Part shown: positions 40,701 through 52,800 of the stretch, piece after piece | Numbering within the stretch: position 1 is the stretch's first letter | Layout: the number at the start of each line of letters is the position of its first letter | Source: Camelus ferus | Lineage: Eukaryota | Direction of reading: 5' to 3' | Assembly (NCBI RefSeq): GCF_009834535.1 | Contig: NC_045696.1 | Coordinates: forward strand, 52,578,001 to 52,642,000 | DNA length: 64,000 nucleotides | The notes under the pieces: model-generated | Told to the model about the DNA's origin: nothing | The model's database searches: none | The model's input: only the letters and a program-made list of their open reading frames with translations | Position numbers and translations under genes: made by a program

Positions 40701-41581
40701 GGAAATGGGTTAAGAAGTTGACACTGTTTAGAATACTTTGCCCACTAGAATTTAATTTCATTGAGAGCTGCCATATGCTTCTGTAAACATCCTGATGTTC
40801 CTTTGTAAGACATGAACACTGCACAAAATGGATCATTCATCTAACTTTAGGATAGCATGTCTTATGTTCTTGTATCCCAGAAAAGCCCTTTTTGTTGCCG
40901 TGCTGAATAACAGCTCAAGAAGTTCTTTAACAACCTGTGTGATTTAATCCCCTAGTGAGATGTTCATTAACCTATGAAGTAAAATAGGCAACCAAAGGAA
41001 GCAAGAATGAGGGACCCAAACAGAAAGAGGTGGTGAGATCAGGGGAGGAAAAACAGATGTAGACAGAACCAAGACCAAAGGCAGGAAGGGAGAAGGAGAG
41101 ATCGAAAGAGCCATTGGGTTGGGATGGTGTTTTAGTGAAATGGTTCTGTCAGTGTGGTAAGTGGCCTTCCCTGGAATCTCCCAGAAGAAGTCTCATGAGT
41201 CAATCTTATTAGAGATAAAAATAAGAAGGCTGTTGTTGGACATGAAGGCACAAATCCATCAGAAGAGTTTTGACTGCCATGTCCATTCTATGTGCAGCTA
41301 AAACCAAGAGAGACATACATAAGCTACTAATGGCTGCTGCCTCTATGGTGTATGGAGCAATGGTTTTTCTGAGAAAGCGTCTTGTTGACAGAAACAAATG
41401 TTAGTTTTGCCTCTATAGTCCATCCACTGCCTTGATTCTGTCATCCCATTAGCTGGTTGCCCTAGTTTATCATGCTCTCTCCGAAACCAAGATTAAGAGA
41501 GTAGAGAATGGAATTACTTCTGAATCCTGATCTAAAGGGGTGTGAATTGGCTTTAGCTCACCCGACCATTCCGGAGGCCCT

Positions 41582-41940
41582 TGTTATAGACTGAATGTTT
41601 GTGTCCATCCTAAAATCATATATTGAAATCTTAACACCTGACATAATAGTATTAGGATGTGGAGACTTTGGGAGGTAATTAATTAGGTCCTGAGGGTGAA
41701 GTCCGCATGAATGAGGCTTAGTGCCTTTATAAGAAGAGATATGAGAGAGGCCTTTCTCTCTGCCATATGAGGATACAAGGGGAAGCAAGCCATCTGTAAA
41801 CCAGGGAGGGGACTGTCACCAAGAACCTGACTATGTTGGCACCCTGATTTCATACTTCCAGCCTCCAGAACTGTGAGAAATAAATGTTTGATTATACCAC
41901 CCAACCTGTGGTATTATCTTATAGTCTGAACTGACTGAAA
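41582..41940 (+). mobile_element. MaLR solo LTR MLT1A/MLT1A0
   Basis: 'tgttatagactgaatgtttgtgtcc...ttagtgcctttataagaagag...ttccagcctccagaactgtgagaaataaatgttt'. Confidence 0.9.
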
Positions 41941-42108
41941 AAACTCCAAAAGTACTTAGTTTCTACTAGGGTTTAGTGGCAAAAGCAGTGAGCTGTTTAT
42001 GGATAGAACTGTTTCCTGGCTGTGGTTCTGCCAGTTGTCCTTGGACAAATCTCCTCACTTCTTGAATACTTTGCTTCCCTTATGTATAAAATCATTTTAT
42101 TCAACTAG

Positions 42109-42628
42109 CCAGTTGGTTCTGAAGCCCCTTGAGTCAAGAACCCTTTGAGAATCTGACAAAAGCCACAGTTCATCTCCTAAGAGTCATGCATGTTGCAGTA
42201 TTAAAGATTAGCAAGAGGTGAACACACATATGAAGACATCCTCTACAAAGCTAGATTGGATGTCTATTTATCCAAAAACACAAAATATTTTGGAAATGCT
42301 GCACAGAGCAGGAGCAGCTGCAGTCAATCCCAGTGTAGTTTCTCTTGGGCCGAGGTTCCTAATAGGGAACTGATGATAGTATTTGTGCAAATTAGGATCT
42401 TACCTGATCCAGGAAGGGGAATGCTTGCTCTACCGCTTCAGTTTATGCCCAGGGCTTGCTTCACTGTTGATGAACTTACATTGACAGCCTGTGAGCTTCC
42501 AGTCAGGGGAAATGTCACAAAAAGCTGGTCTTTTATTCTTAAGTTATGTGGCTTCAACTCAGCCACATCCTTACCTAAGGAGAAAATACAGTCAGTATTC
42601 TGATTTCCACCTTCAGCTTTCCCGCATT

Positions 42629-42669
<41 letters not shown>

Positions 42670-42757
42670 ACACACAGTTTAGCACATAATTTCAGAGGGT
42701 TCGTTGACCCCCACCCCTGCCCTAAACTTACCCTGTGGACTCCAGGTTAAGTTTCTG
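42109..42757. mobile_element. MER103C-like hAT-Charlie element split in two (42109-~42180 and 42630-42757)
   Basis: Left 'ccagttggttct...ccctttgagaatctgacaaaagc...tctcc' and right 'cagaaaacac...gcacataatttcagagggttc...ggactccaggttaag' are contiguous in the consensus as recalled. Confidence 0.7.
42636..42676. repeat. (CA)n microsatellite, one interruption
   Basis: Directly visible; lies in the CA-rich segment of the MER103C-like element. Confidence 0.97.
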
Positions 42758-44811
42758 ATCTGGATGGTCTTCATGATGTTTCTGACCTCTAAAATGTTTT
42801 CATTCTGAGCAAGACATTTTACTCACCACTAATATTCCTTCAGACTACAGTGGGAGGATTTGGGGGTGGAATGAGCAACTTTCATCTTGTAGCTTTCAGA
42901 CTAGCAATATAACATTTTCTTTTTGATCTATTTCTTTTCCTATTTTAATGGTATAGTTGACAGAGTTTGGAGCTATCACGAAAAGTTCAAAACAACTTCA
43001 TCTCTCACTCTTGTTCACATTAGAGATTATTATGCCCCAGAATAATATTTCTCAAATCCAAGGTGAAAGATCTGGGGGGGTCATTCTGTGCCGACTTCAG
43101 CTGAGAGTAAAATTAATGTCTGTACTGTGGTTTCTATCGCAACTTAGTTTAACCTGCTCCTCTTGTCTTGAGAGAAGTGTGATATCCTACCCTTCATGTT
43201 TCATGCGAAATTTCATCTTGGCAAACTCTTATTTTGCCAGAAATGGTTTCATGTTCATGTGACCATAATTATCAGTTCATGTAATACTGTTCAACTAAAT
43301 ACCCAGTGGAGCCCTTACTGACCTGTTTAGCCATTCTCTCTGAAAATAATTTATGGGAATAGGTAACATTTGCCGAACATTTACTGTGCGCTGGGCACTA
43401 CACTAAGCACTTTGCAAATACCATTTCCCATAATCCTATTTTGATTGCATCCTTTCAGGGATCTGGAAGTCATCTTCTGTTTTCCCCCGGCTTTAGACCA
43501 GCAGGTCATAGCTGTTTGTGAGGAAGCAGTGCTTTTCGTTTTCCTAAAGCCTTGGGTTTCCGCCTGCTGCTGCTGCTACTGTTCCTGTGATTAGTGGGAA
43601 CATGGAGTGAAGGATGAGGCCAGCAGCAGCTGTCTGGGAGGGAGGAGCTCTGGGCTTCTGAGTGCCACCAAGAGGTGACCACTCTAACCTCAAACAGAGG
43701 ATCCTGGAAAACCTTGGAAGTGCAGAAGAATCGTGGAAATAAAGCATGTGAGCGCCTACTAAGTTTCATGCTTAGTATCGTCTGATTCACCGCATTTCTT
43801 CCTCTCTTTACTATGCGAGATGGATGTTTTTACCTCTCTCAGAGGCAGAAGGCTGAGGCTCAGACAGATCCCCTAGCTAATGCATGTGGAGCTGGGCTTC
43901 TAACTAAGCAGGTTAGCCTTCAAAGCTAACCCCCCCTTCCACTGCCTTGCAATGAAAGAGAGGAAAGGGGAGAGAAAGGCATAGAGGAGAGGGAGTCATG
44001 CTTTCACAAAAGCAATATGGACCCCAGAGTTTGAGACTGATGGACAGAACCTGATCAGCTACTCAGAATTCCTGATTTAGATGCTGCTGGGTTGACAGGT
44101 GGCTGGGTTACCTCCCTGATAGGAAATAGTAGATGTCAAGCAGCAGCCGGACAGATAAACAAACAATAAGAATACTCATTTGAGTGACCAGAATGCTTCT
44201 GCGTCAATTGTTTTAGACCATGAGCCACATTCTCTCATAATATAGCCTGTAAACCATTTTGAGCAGCTGATCATATTTTTTTTCAAAATAAGCTTGAGTC
44301 ATTTTTTACTTACCTTAAGGGTTTAATCGCATATATCCAAGGGACAATAAAACCTAAGTAAGCCAGTTTCTGAAAATTCTTTTGCTCTTTGCAAAGGAAT
44401 CTTGCCAGGGAGGGAGACTCTTGCTATCATAATTTAGGGTCTTTAAATCAGAGTGATGAGAAATCATTTTAATTAAGGAAAATCCCTATGTCTTCCCCAA
44501 CAGCTGGTTTGCTTGCAAGTAAGGAAGCCTTAAAATGAATCAGAGAAAGAGGGTTTGCACAATTTCTAAAATAACTTGATATATTTAGAAGTGTGACTCT
44601 GCGTGTGCGTGTTCTTGTGCAAATGTAGAAAACCAGAGAGCTTGTGTGAAAGAGTCTTAACTATGTTGTAATTTTCAGAGTCTTCAAATATCACATGAAA
44701 TACGCAGCATAATTCTATAGTTCTACATGTGATGCTCAGTTATGCCTGGCTGTGAGCTCCATGTTGCCATAGCAGTGTATGAAAGTATGGATTTAATGTT
44801 TTTAAATTCAG

Positions 44812-44840
44812 GAAATAGAGCTATTGTATGTGCCGACACG
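44812..44840 (+). other. Candidate 29-nt micro-exon
   Basis: 'tttttaaattcag|gaaatagagctattgtatgtgccgacacg|gtaaag', two CpGs, in repeat-free sequence. Confidence 0.25.
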
Positions 44841-45023
44841 GTAAAGAGGTTATCTTAAGTATATGATAGTGTGAGGTTAAATATCCATGAGGAATAGTAC
44901 ATTAGGAAATTGTTATTTGTAGACAGATATATGCACCATTTTTCCTTCTCTGTAATCTGTGATGTTATTGGTGGTTTGACCGCAGAACAACAGGTGTTGA
45001 CTAATGTTAAAAGCCGAAAAACA

Positions 45024-45048
45024 GTTTCTATGGAAACCAGATGCAAAT
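45024..45048. promoter_or_regulatory. RFX X-box + CAGATG E-box + POU octamer composite
   Basis: GTTTCTATGGAAAC 45024-45037, CAGATG 45038-45043, ATGCAAAT 45041-45048. Confidence 0.5.
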
Positions 45049-45399
45049 TTAGATCTGTACGTCCACTCTTTGCTGCATATAGGAAAAAAATGTGTTATAA
45101 TAGAAATGAAAAAAAAAACCCTGAAATATGATTCATGTCTGTCTCTTCTGAGCCTTAAAATATCTACTAAATACCATGAGATGTTGAGCAACTTCTCAGC
45201 CTCAGCTTCATATAAAATCTGTAAGAATGATGGAATCATAGGAACATTTTTATGGTCTTTACATTTCTGCATTTTTTCTAAATTCCATTTTCTGAGTATG
45301 TATCTAAAATAATAGCAAATCTATTTATAGAAAATATAAAATTCTATAAATGTATAGATAATCAAAATAATATTTAAAATACTAATCGCTTTATATATA

Positions 45400-45855
45400 T
45401 AATTTAAAAAAATAGAAAAATGAAAGAAAAAAATTCAAGTCACTCACAGTACCAAGACCCAGAGAAAACAGCTACTAGTATCTTTGTATCTTTTCTTCCA
45501 GTCATCTTCTTATATAATTATTTAATGTACTTGAGATCATTTAGTATGCATATACACTATAAACACACACTATGTCTTTTAATTTAACATAACATCATAA
45601 ATGAGCACATTGAAAGTAATTAATGGGCATCATTTTAATGACAACATAGTATATGGCGAGATAGGCCTTAAAGTATTTAACTTTTTTGGGCTTTTTGAAT
45701 AATTAAGGTGTTTGAATTGTTTTTTATTATAAATAACACTACAATGATTGAATTTGTGCGTAAGTTTTATCCACATTTTGGATATATGCCTGTAAGTGAG
45801 AGGACTGGGTAAAGAGTACAATATCTAGCTTCGTATATACTACTTTTAAGATTGT
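45400..45855 (-). mobile_element. L1ME4-like 3' fragment
   Basis: 'acccagagaaaacagctactagtatctttgtatctttt', 'ttgtttttattataaataacactacaatga', 'gactgggtaaagagt'. Confidence 0.65.
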
Positions 45856-45889
45856 GTATGCATGTATGTATATGTATGAGAGAGAGGGA

Positions 45890-46480
45890 GACTTTTACAA
45901 GTGACAGGAAATCCATTAAGACTGACTTTAAAAGAAGGTTTAAACAGTATTAGTAATGATAATAGCTAACATTTATTGAACACTTCCTATACGTCAGGCA
46001 CCATTTAAGGACTTATTATTACACATTCATTTAACTCTCATGGTATTCAGTAGGGAAGTACTGTAATGGTTCCTATCTTACTGCTCTCTCCCTGCCTCTT
46101 GCCTCTGCTCTCCTCAATATGGCTGCATTCCCAGGCAGGTCCACTCTCTTTCTCTCTAGCTGCTCCAGATAGATTCACATCCTCTCAGACCCACATCCAC
46201 AAGATGAATCTTGCTTCTTTTCTGGTTGCAGAGGCAATAATTCCAGAATTGACTCTGGACCTGACTTCTGGCTTGGTCTGGGCCCCATTCTCAATCTTAA
46301 TCCAATCACCAGGAGAATGTAAGGCCCTGGCTGGCCAGATGGAAGGCTCGCTCCCACCCAGTCCTGAGCTAGGAAGAGAGTTACCTACCCTGAAGTGCAG
46401 GGCCTGAGACTGGGGATGGAATCATTCCACCAAGACAAGCCAGCTACTGCTATCAAAAGCAGACCAAATGGAAAGCAGAG
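45890..46480 (-). mobile_element. MLT1K/L-like MaLR LTR interrupted by MIR (~45955-46080)
   Basis: 'caagtgacaggaaatcca', 'tctgctctcctcaatatggctgcattcccaggcagg', 'ccaatcaccagg'. MIR 'aatagctaacatttattgaacactt'. Confidence 0.6.
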
Positions 46481-47080
46481 GGTTAATTCCACTACGGCAG
46501 CAAATTCCACTACAATGAGGACTCAGAAATTTTGAGTGCATTTAGAAAAGGGAACAGTGGCAACAAACTTTCTGGAAGAAAACTATCTTTCTGGTTCCAG
46601 TTTCTGAGGAGTAGTGATTATTCTCTTTCACATTTACAGTATGGAGTACTGGTTTTGGTCTGAAAGAACTGTTCAGGTGCCAGACATACCTAAGATAAAT
46701 GTACTCATTTACATTCAAAATTCAAATATATATCTAAAAGATAAATTTAAAGAAACCCTGGTAGATTCACTTTTTCCAGCTTAAAGCACATGCCATTGTT
46801 TTCCTCAACCTATGTGGTATGTTGAAGAAATTATCCAGATAAACAGCATTTTTCCCAACTATAGGACAAAATATAAGGTTTCTTTGCTGCTTTGCCAGTG
46901 TTTGGGGATCTAATATAGACTGAAGATACTTGACAATTAGAATAATCACCCACAACTTGATGGCTGCAGTACCGAACTTCATTTACCAAGTATGTCTGTT
47001 TATTAATCTTGGCATTGTTCTTTGCTATGTAATGGTGATACCATTGGGTAGGAGAGAAAAGATGTCTGAGCTGTACATGG

Positions 47081-47102
47081 ATTGCCATGGAAACAGCAGC
47101 TG
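47081..47102. promoter_or_regulatory. RFX X-box with adjacent CAGCTG E-box
   Basis: ATTGCCATGGAAAC 47081-47094 and CAGCTG 47097-47102. Confidence 0.45.
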
Positions 47103-47816
47103 ACCAGTCAATGGAGAGTACTCAGAATATATGCCTCCTCCACTCAACAGTCTTGATGAACTGATGTTCTGATATTGAATTCTTCTGGCTCTCATACCAT
47201 TTGCAGTGATAGTTTTTTGACATTTAAATATATGACATGCACCTGTTTTTGTTTTTTTTTAATCAGATGTAGACATTTTTCAGTCTTAAAATTTTTAACC
47301 TCCATGTACATACACCCACACAGGCAGTTACTTCTCCCTCCAAAATGTTCCCCAAATTTCTCATACATTCTCCTTTCCCAGTCATTTAACTCAACATTTC
47401 CTCACACCATCCACTTGTCTCCATCCTCCCCACCTTTACATCCCAAACCACCATAGTCTAATTGGCGTAGAACGATTTTCACAATATCAAGAAATATATA
47501 AATAAACAATTTAAAAGCCTGTTCAGTTTTAGATGTAATAAGAAGACCAAGCTAAAAATATATTCAGAAGAACTACGAAAGGGTCAAGCACCAAAAGCAT
47601 GAAATAGCCCATTTCATATTTCTCTACTGAATTCAGGAAATAAAAAAGAGATCTGTTTCTGAGGAAAGCTTGAGAAAAATTAATGAAGAAAAAGTTAGAG
47701 TTTTTGGGGACATAGTCTAATTTATAAAAATGGGAGTAAATTATGTTTTGCAATAATCTCCCAGTTCTGAAACTAGTCCCATTGATTAGAAAAGATTTCT
47801 GTTGATTTCTTTCAAG

Positions 47817-48045
47817 TGGTGAATCCTTGATCTGCAGAAAAGTTCAGGCTTTCTGGGCCTTGAATGAATCTCTCACGGAGTGACGTGTTCTCTACAATAG
47901 CTTCCGTGAACAGGAAGGAGTATGTACCACAATGATAAAGACAAAATCAGGCCATCTGGTCTTTGCTATTGTTATTGCATAAGAGATTTAAAGGACTGAC
48001 TTCCACTGAACAGACTGAACAATAAACATGGCTGCTGACATTTAA
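47817..48045 (+). other. Candidate terminal exon
   Basis: 'ttctgttgatttctttcaag|' (weaker AAG acceptor), local CpGs, AATAAA at 48021-48026. Confidence 0.25.
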
Positions 48046-48834
48046 ACCTATCTCCAGATCACACAGTAAATTTGTGGGGAGAATTGAGCACAAGTCTTAG
48101 AACCACTTAATGTGCAACTCATTCACTGGTAGAACAATGGCTAATCTGATGATACAGTAATGCTTTTATTGTTTGGGCTCTCTAAAGAATTAAACATTAT
48201 GGAAAAACAATCCTTTTTGTGTATAAACCAAAGCTTTAAAAATGTCCGATACTCACCTCCTTGACTTTGTGCAAGATTGTTCTAGGAGCTTGGGATACAT
48301 TAGTAAAATAAAGATTGCCTAACCTCATGAGGTGTACATTCTAACAGAGGAGGCAAACAGTTAAGAATGAACATACTAGGCATGTTAATTATATAATATA
48401 TTAGAAAGTAAATGTTTCTGTGAAGATGACCAGTAGCCTCTTAAATACTAAAAACTTATCTTTCTTGATTTCCTCAAACATTTGGTATTGTTGAACCCAT
48501 TCTTCTCTTTCTTTCATCCTGTAGATGCACATATGTTTTTTGAGTGCCTGGGCATTGTTCTGTGTGCTAGGCATCCAACGGAGCACGTGGCATGTTCTAC
48601 TGTCCCCTTTTCTTCTAGCAGTACTCTCACTTCTAAGCCACTGATCACTTCCTCTGTCTTCAGCAGTCCCTTTCCCTTTTGTCTGCTCCATAAATATTAG
48701 GGTTCTACTTCTACAATGTTTTATCTACTGTCTTCTCCTTGATCCATGTGGTTTGTTTTTTTTTTTTTTGTAATCCCACTGACTCTGAACCTCAACTATA
48801 TATAAATGACTCTACATCTTATCTCAGTAATTCA

Positions 48835-49850
48835 CTCATTGATTTATTCATTTAATAAATATTTGTTGAGCATTTTTCCAACCACGACACTAGGAGCTGG
48901 GAATTCAAGAATACGTAAGAAGGACGTGGTCTCTACGTTCATGAAAATTACAGTCTAGTGGAGAAGACAGACAAAAAGCATGTAAAGAAGCAAATGAATA
49001 AAAATAACCATACCATTGTGAGAACTACCATGAATGAACCAATGACTGCAGAAATTCTTTTTTTTTAACATTTTTTATTGATTTATAATAATTTTACAAT
49101 GTTGTGTCAAATTCCAGTGTAGAGCCCAATTTTTCAATTATACATGAACATATACATATTCATTGTCACATCAGAAATTCTCTTCTGATTACTACTGCTT
49201 TTTTTCCATGAACTGGGAGCAAGGTCATGAGATGAGATTGAGGATAGGGGAGAAGGTGGTAGATGTTTTAGGAAGAGAAAAGCTGTGAAATAACCATCTT
49301 GGAGAGTGAGAGAGTGAACAGAGCAACGAAATTGGGGTAGCTTTACAGACCTGCTTGAGGACAGTGATAAAGTGTTTCATGTGTCTTTCTCTAGTCATTC
49401 AGCTACAGGAGTGCAGATAAGGAGGAGATGGAGAATTGAAGTGAATTGGCCATGAAATTTTGTTAAGCTGCTGTCATGACAAAGGAGGAGGAGCAAATAA
49501 GTGGGGAACACATGCAAATGTATACATTCTAATGATGAACTATGGAATTTAAACTATGTAAGGAGGGAAATATGGACTCGAGAAGGGTGAGAGGCAGTAA
49601 AAAAGTGGCATGATCTAGTGATGGCCAACACTTGTTGTAGTCAGGTTCTAGAAGCAATGAGCTGCAAAGATAAAAGTGAGTGTGACAGGGTCTGAGAGTG
49701 AACTGAAAGCGGGGGTTGATGGAGGAACCACAATGAGAGAATTAGAGGGATTGTCTATGTGGATGGTAAAGTTGTCAAGAATTATGGCAGGAATAATGTG
49801 GAGGATAATGACAGTATTCCAAGAACTAAAATCTCCAAAGAACTTGTTTT
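48835..49850 (-). mobile_element. L2 fragments hosting a young L1 insertion
   Basis: Reverse L2 tail 'ttcatttaataaatatttgttgagca' and purine-rich reverse L2 body ('gctgcaaagataaaagtgag', 'gtggatggtaaagttgtcaagaat'). Confidence 0.65.
49059..49171 (-). mobile_element. Very short, young camelid L1 3' end
   Basis: PolyT plus 'aacattttttattgatttataataattttacaatgttgtgtcaaattccagtgt...cattgtcaca'. Perfect 10-bp TSD 'cagaaattct' at 49049-49058 and 49172-49181. Confidence 0.92.
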
Positions 49851-52800
49851 GGAGGTTAAAGTGGGTGGAAGAGAATGAAAGCTGCCATTCTGCTTTTGTG
49901 TTTCTTGTAAGTCTAAATCTGTCTTGAAATGTCAGAAGCTCACTAAGTAGACTTTATTTCTTCTCCTTATCCAGGTTCTTTCTTTCCCCTACCCTGCTTC
50001 TCCAGGGACAAGATGTCCCTCTCTCTGACCCTTACTTTCCTTACCTGCTGGTTTTTGTTTGTTTGTTTAACTTTCTTTTTTGACCACCTCTCCTAACTTT
50101 CCAACACTCTCTTTGCCTCTTCTCTATACTTCCCTCTGCCCATATCTCAAGACTTATTAATGGGAGAGTGAATTTTAGGAAGATTAGACCAGAAAGAAGG
50201 TTAGGGCCAGAGATAAGGAATATGAGAAGAAAATGGGGTTGACCTATCTAATTTATATCATCTCCTAAAATCTATTCTACTCAACTATCCACTAGGCTCT
50301 TTCAGGCATAGTCATGGTGAATTTATATCTTGGACATGGTGTAAAGTTGCATACATGAGGCTCAATATCAAAATATTACCTGAATAGATATGAAATGCCC
50401 TATAATGTGTTCAAATGGGTAGAGTAAATTTGATTATGCATTCTGAAAATGTACCCAGCACTTCTAAAATGGATACCTTTCTACAGAATAGCAGCAATAA
50501 TGATGATTAGTATGGCATCTACCGCAGTAACAACAAATGAAAAATCAGTTCCTTTCACAACAGAATTGAGCCCTTAGATTTTGCCTACAGCACAACACTG
50601 CTTAATAATCAGTAAAAACTATTATTATCTACCTTACCCATGATTTGCATAGCATGGAGTGTGCCAATTAGCATTTTAAAATATTTAAGGTATAGATAGT
50701 GACCCTAATTGCAAAAGATTATTTTCTAAGAAAACATAAGGGGTGATCAAATGACAGCTTATAAATATTCTTCTCTAAATGCTGATATGGTGGATTATAG
50801 ACTTTTGCACATGAAATAAAATATGGAAAAAATAAGATATATTTTTAAATGTTATCTGCCTTTTAGCATGATTATAGCTAAACTTTACATTCAATTTCTC
50901 CTTGATCCCACAACTTTAACTCAATTCAGTTAATTTGACATTCTTTGGTATTAGCATTAAGACAAATTCAAGAATGAATAATGAGCTTATCTCTCACACA
51001 GCACTGAAAGTTGTTGGGTATTTTTTTAATCCTTTTCCAATAGCTGGAAATCTCCATTCCCATTGGAAATCTTTCTGAGAAATTCTTCCTGATATTATTG
51101 CCTCTTTGTCATACACAAAAACCCTGTGGCAACACCATTAGTTTGATCTTTCAATGGCAGAGTCTCCCCACCAGACTTAATACTGAAGCAGAATTGGATT
51201 TAATCAATGCTTATTTAGTAGACTGAAGATTGGATATTAGTGGTGGTGTTTTAATAGCTGTATAATACTCATGTTGTGTATTTAGTGCCCCAGGACCTCT
51301 TTCCTGAGAGGCTGGAAAGCAAGGATCTTTAAACACATTTTATGAAAGATATGCTGATGTTCAGTGGTAAATTTCAACTCAAATGTGGAAGCACTGCCTT
51401 TTTTGAGCTTGTCTATATCCTTGCTACTGACAATGTGATCTGTAGACTACCTGAGTATCATCAAGGATCCGTTAAAGACACCCTACCCTAGATCTACTGA
51501 TACAGAACCTGCTTTTGAACAGGGTCTCCAGGTGATTCTTATGCACATTAGAATTTGGGAAGCTTTGAACTATGTAATTTCCTTCATAGATGTAGAATAA
51601 TGAAAGAAGAAAACAGGGAAACCATGCTATGAATATTCATAATATCCTTTCATTTGCTCAACATGTATTTTTTGAATATCCTGTATGGACCATTCCCTGT
51701 ACTAGGGGCTAGGGACACAACTATGAATAATTTAGACTATACCACTGTATGTATGGGTGTTTCCAGGCGCGTAGATGCTTTGCTATGGGCCCAACACTGT
51801 ACTGGGTAATATATGACAGCGAGAGAAGTGGAATTCATTTTTTCCAAATGTTTATGAACAGTTAGTACATGTATAAGTGCTATAGGAGCTACAAGGGTTT
51901 ATAAAGGTGTAGGCCCTGCCCTCGAGGAGCTTACGTATAGTGGCAAGAAGGTCCCCAGTTTTTGTAACCCAGTTAAGCCAGCAAGATGTACCTGCACAAA
52001 ATAGTTTGGGGATAAAGCACATACAATAAATTGTAGGATGTGAATTATGAATGGGATTGCAATTAGAAGAGGAAAAATAAATACAGTGCTTAAAATGCCA
52101 TTTAGATTAGGTCTCAGGATGATACCTGGGATGGATGTTGAAAAATGCCGTGCAATGCAAAAATGAAGGGATATTCATGGTAGATTTTAGGAAGGATGCA
52201 TTTTCAAATGGATAGTTTAGAAAATAAAAGGAGGAAAAAGATTTGGAAGATACAGGATAGAGTTTTAAAGGGTAGATTTGGAAATTCGGGAGCTATTGAG
52301 TTTCTTTATAACAATATATATAGTCAGACCTATTAGAAAATAAACTGAGAGACTGTATCCAGATTATAGTTTAAAAGATTAACCCAATGGAATATAAAAG
52401 AGCCAATAAACCACTCATTTACTGGGAGTTTGAAGATGTCTGTTTGACCCACATCTCCAGGTGTAGGAAGGGCCAATCTAGTGGAAAGGCAGAGGTTTAG
52501 AGGTCAGAACACCTGAGGTTTTGCTTCTCAATACCATGCCCAAGTTATCATGTCCTAATGACCATCACAGCCCTCACTTCCTTTTTCAGTAAGAGAACAA
52601 ACAATTTCATTTCTGCCACTGTGTCAGCAAGCATATGATCATCCCCAAGCCATGGAGCCCACCCTTCATGCCATTCCAAGAGAATTTCACACATCTAGCG
52701 TGACTGCCTCTCGTGGAGCATGCAAACCAACATGACATGTCTCTCTGGCATGGTTGCTTATAGAGTCTCACAGAGTACGTACAATAATCGTAAGTCATGA

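Noticed and set aside
43662..43680. CTCF site 'gtgccaccaagaggtgacc'
   Set aside because: Mismatch at a core G of the motif makes it too weak to call without data.
46486..46513. Short direct repeats (aattccactac x2; similar duplications at ~5233-5263 and ~63068-63088) as CRISPR-like or functional arrays
   Set aside because: Only two units each, consistent with ordinary slippage duplications in a eukaryotic genome.
47860..47915. SECIS element
   Set aside because: ATGA is present but there is no correctly spaced apical AA or opposing GA quartet.
9360..48589. Six scattered CACGTG E-boxes as a regulatory signal
   Set aside because: They are dispersed, some lie within repeats, and the number is compatible with chance in 64 kb.
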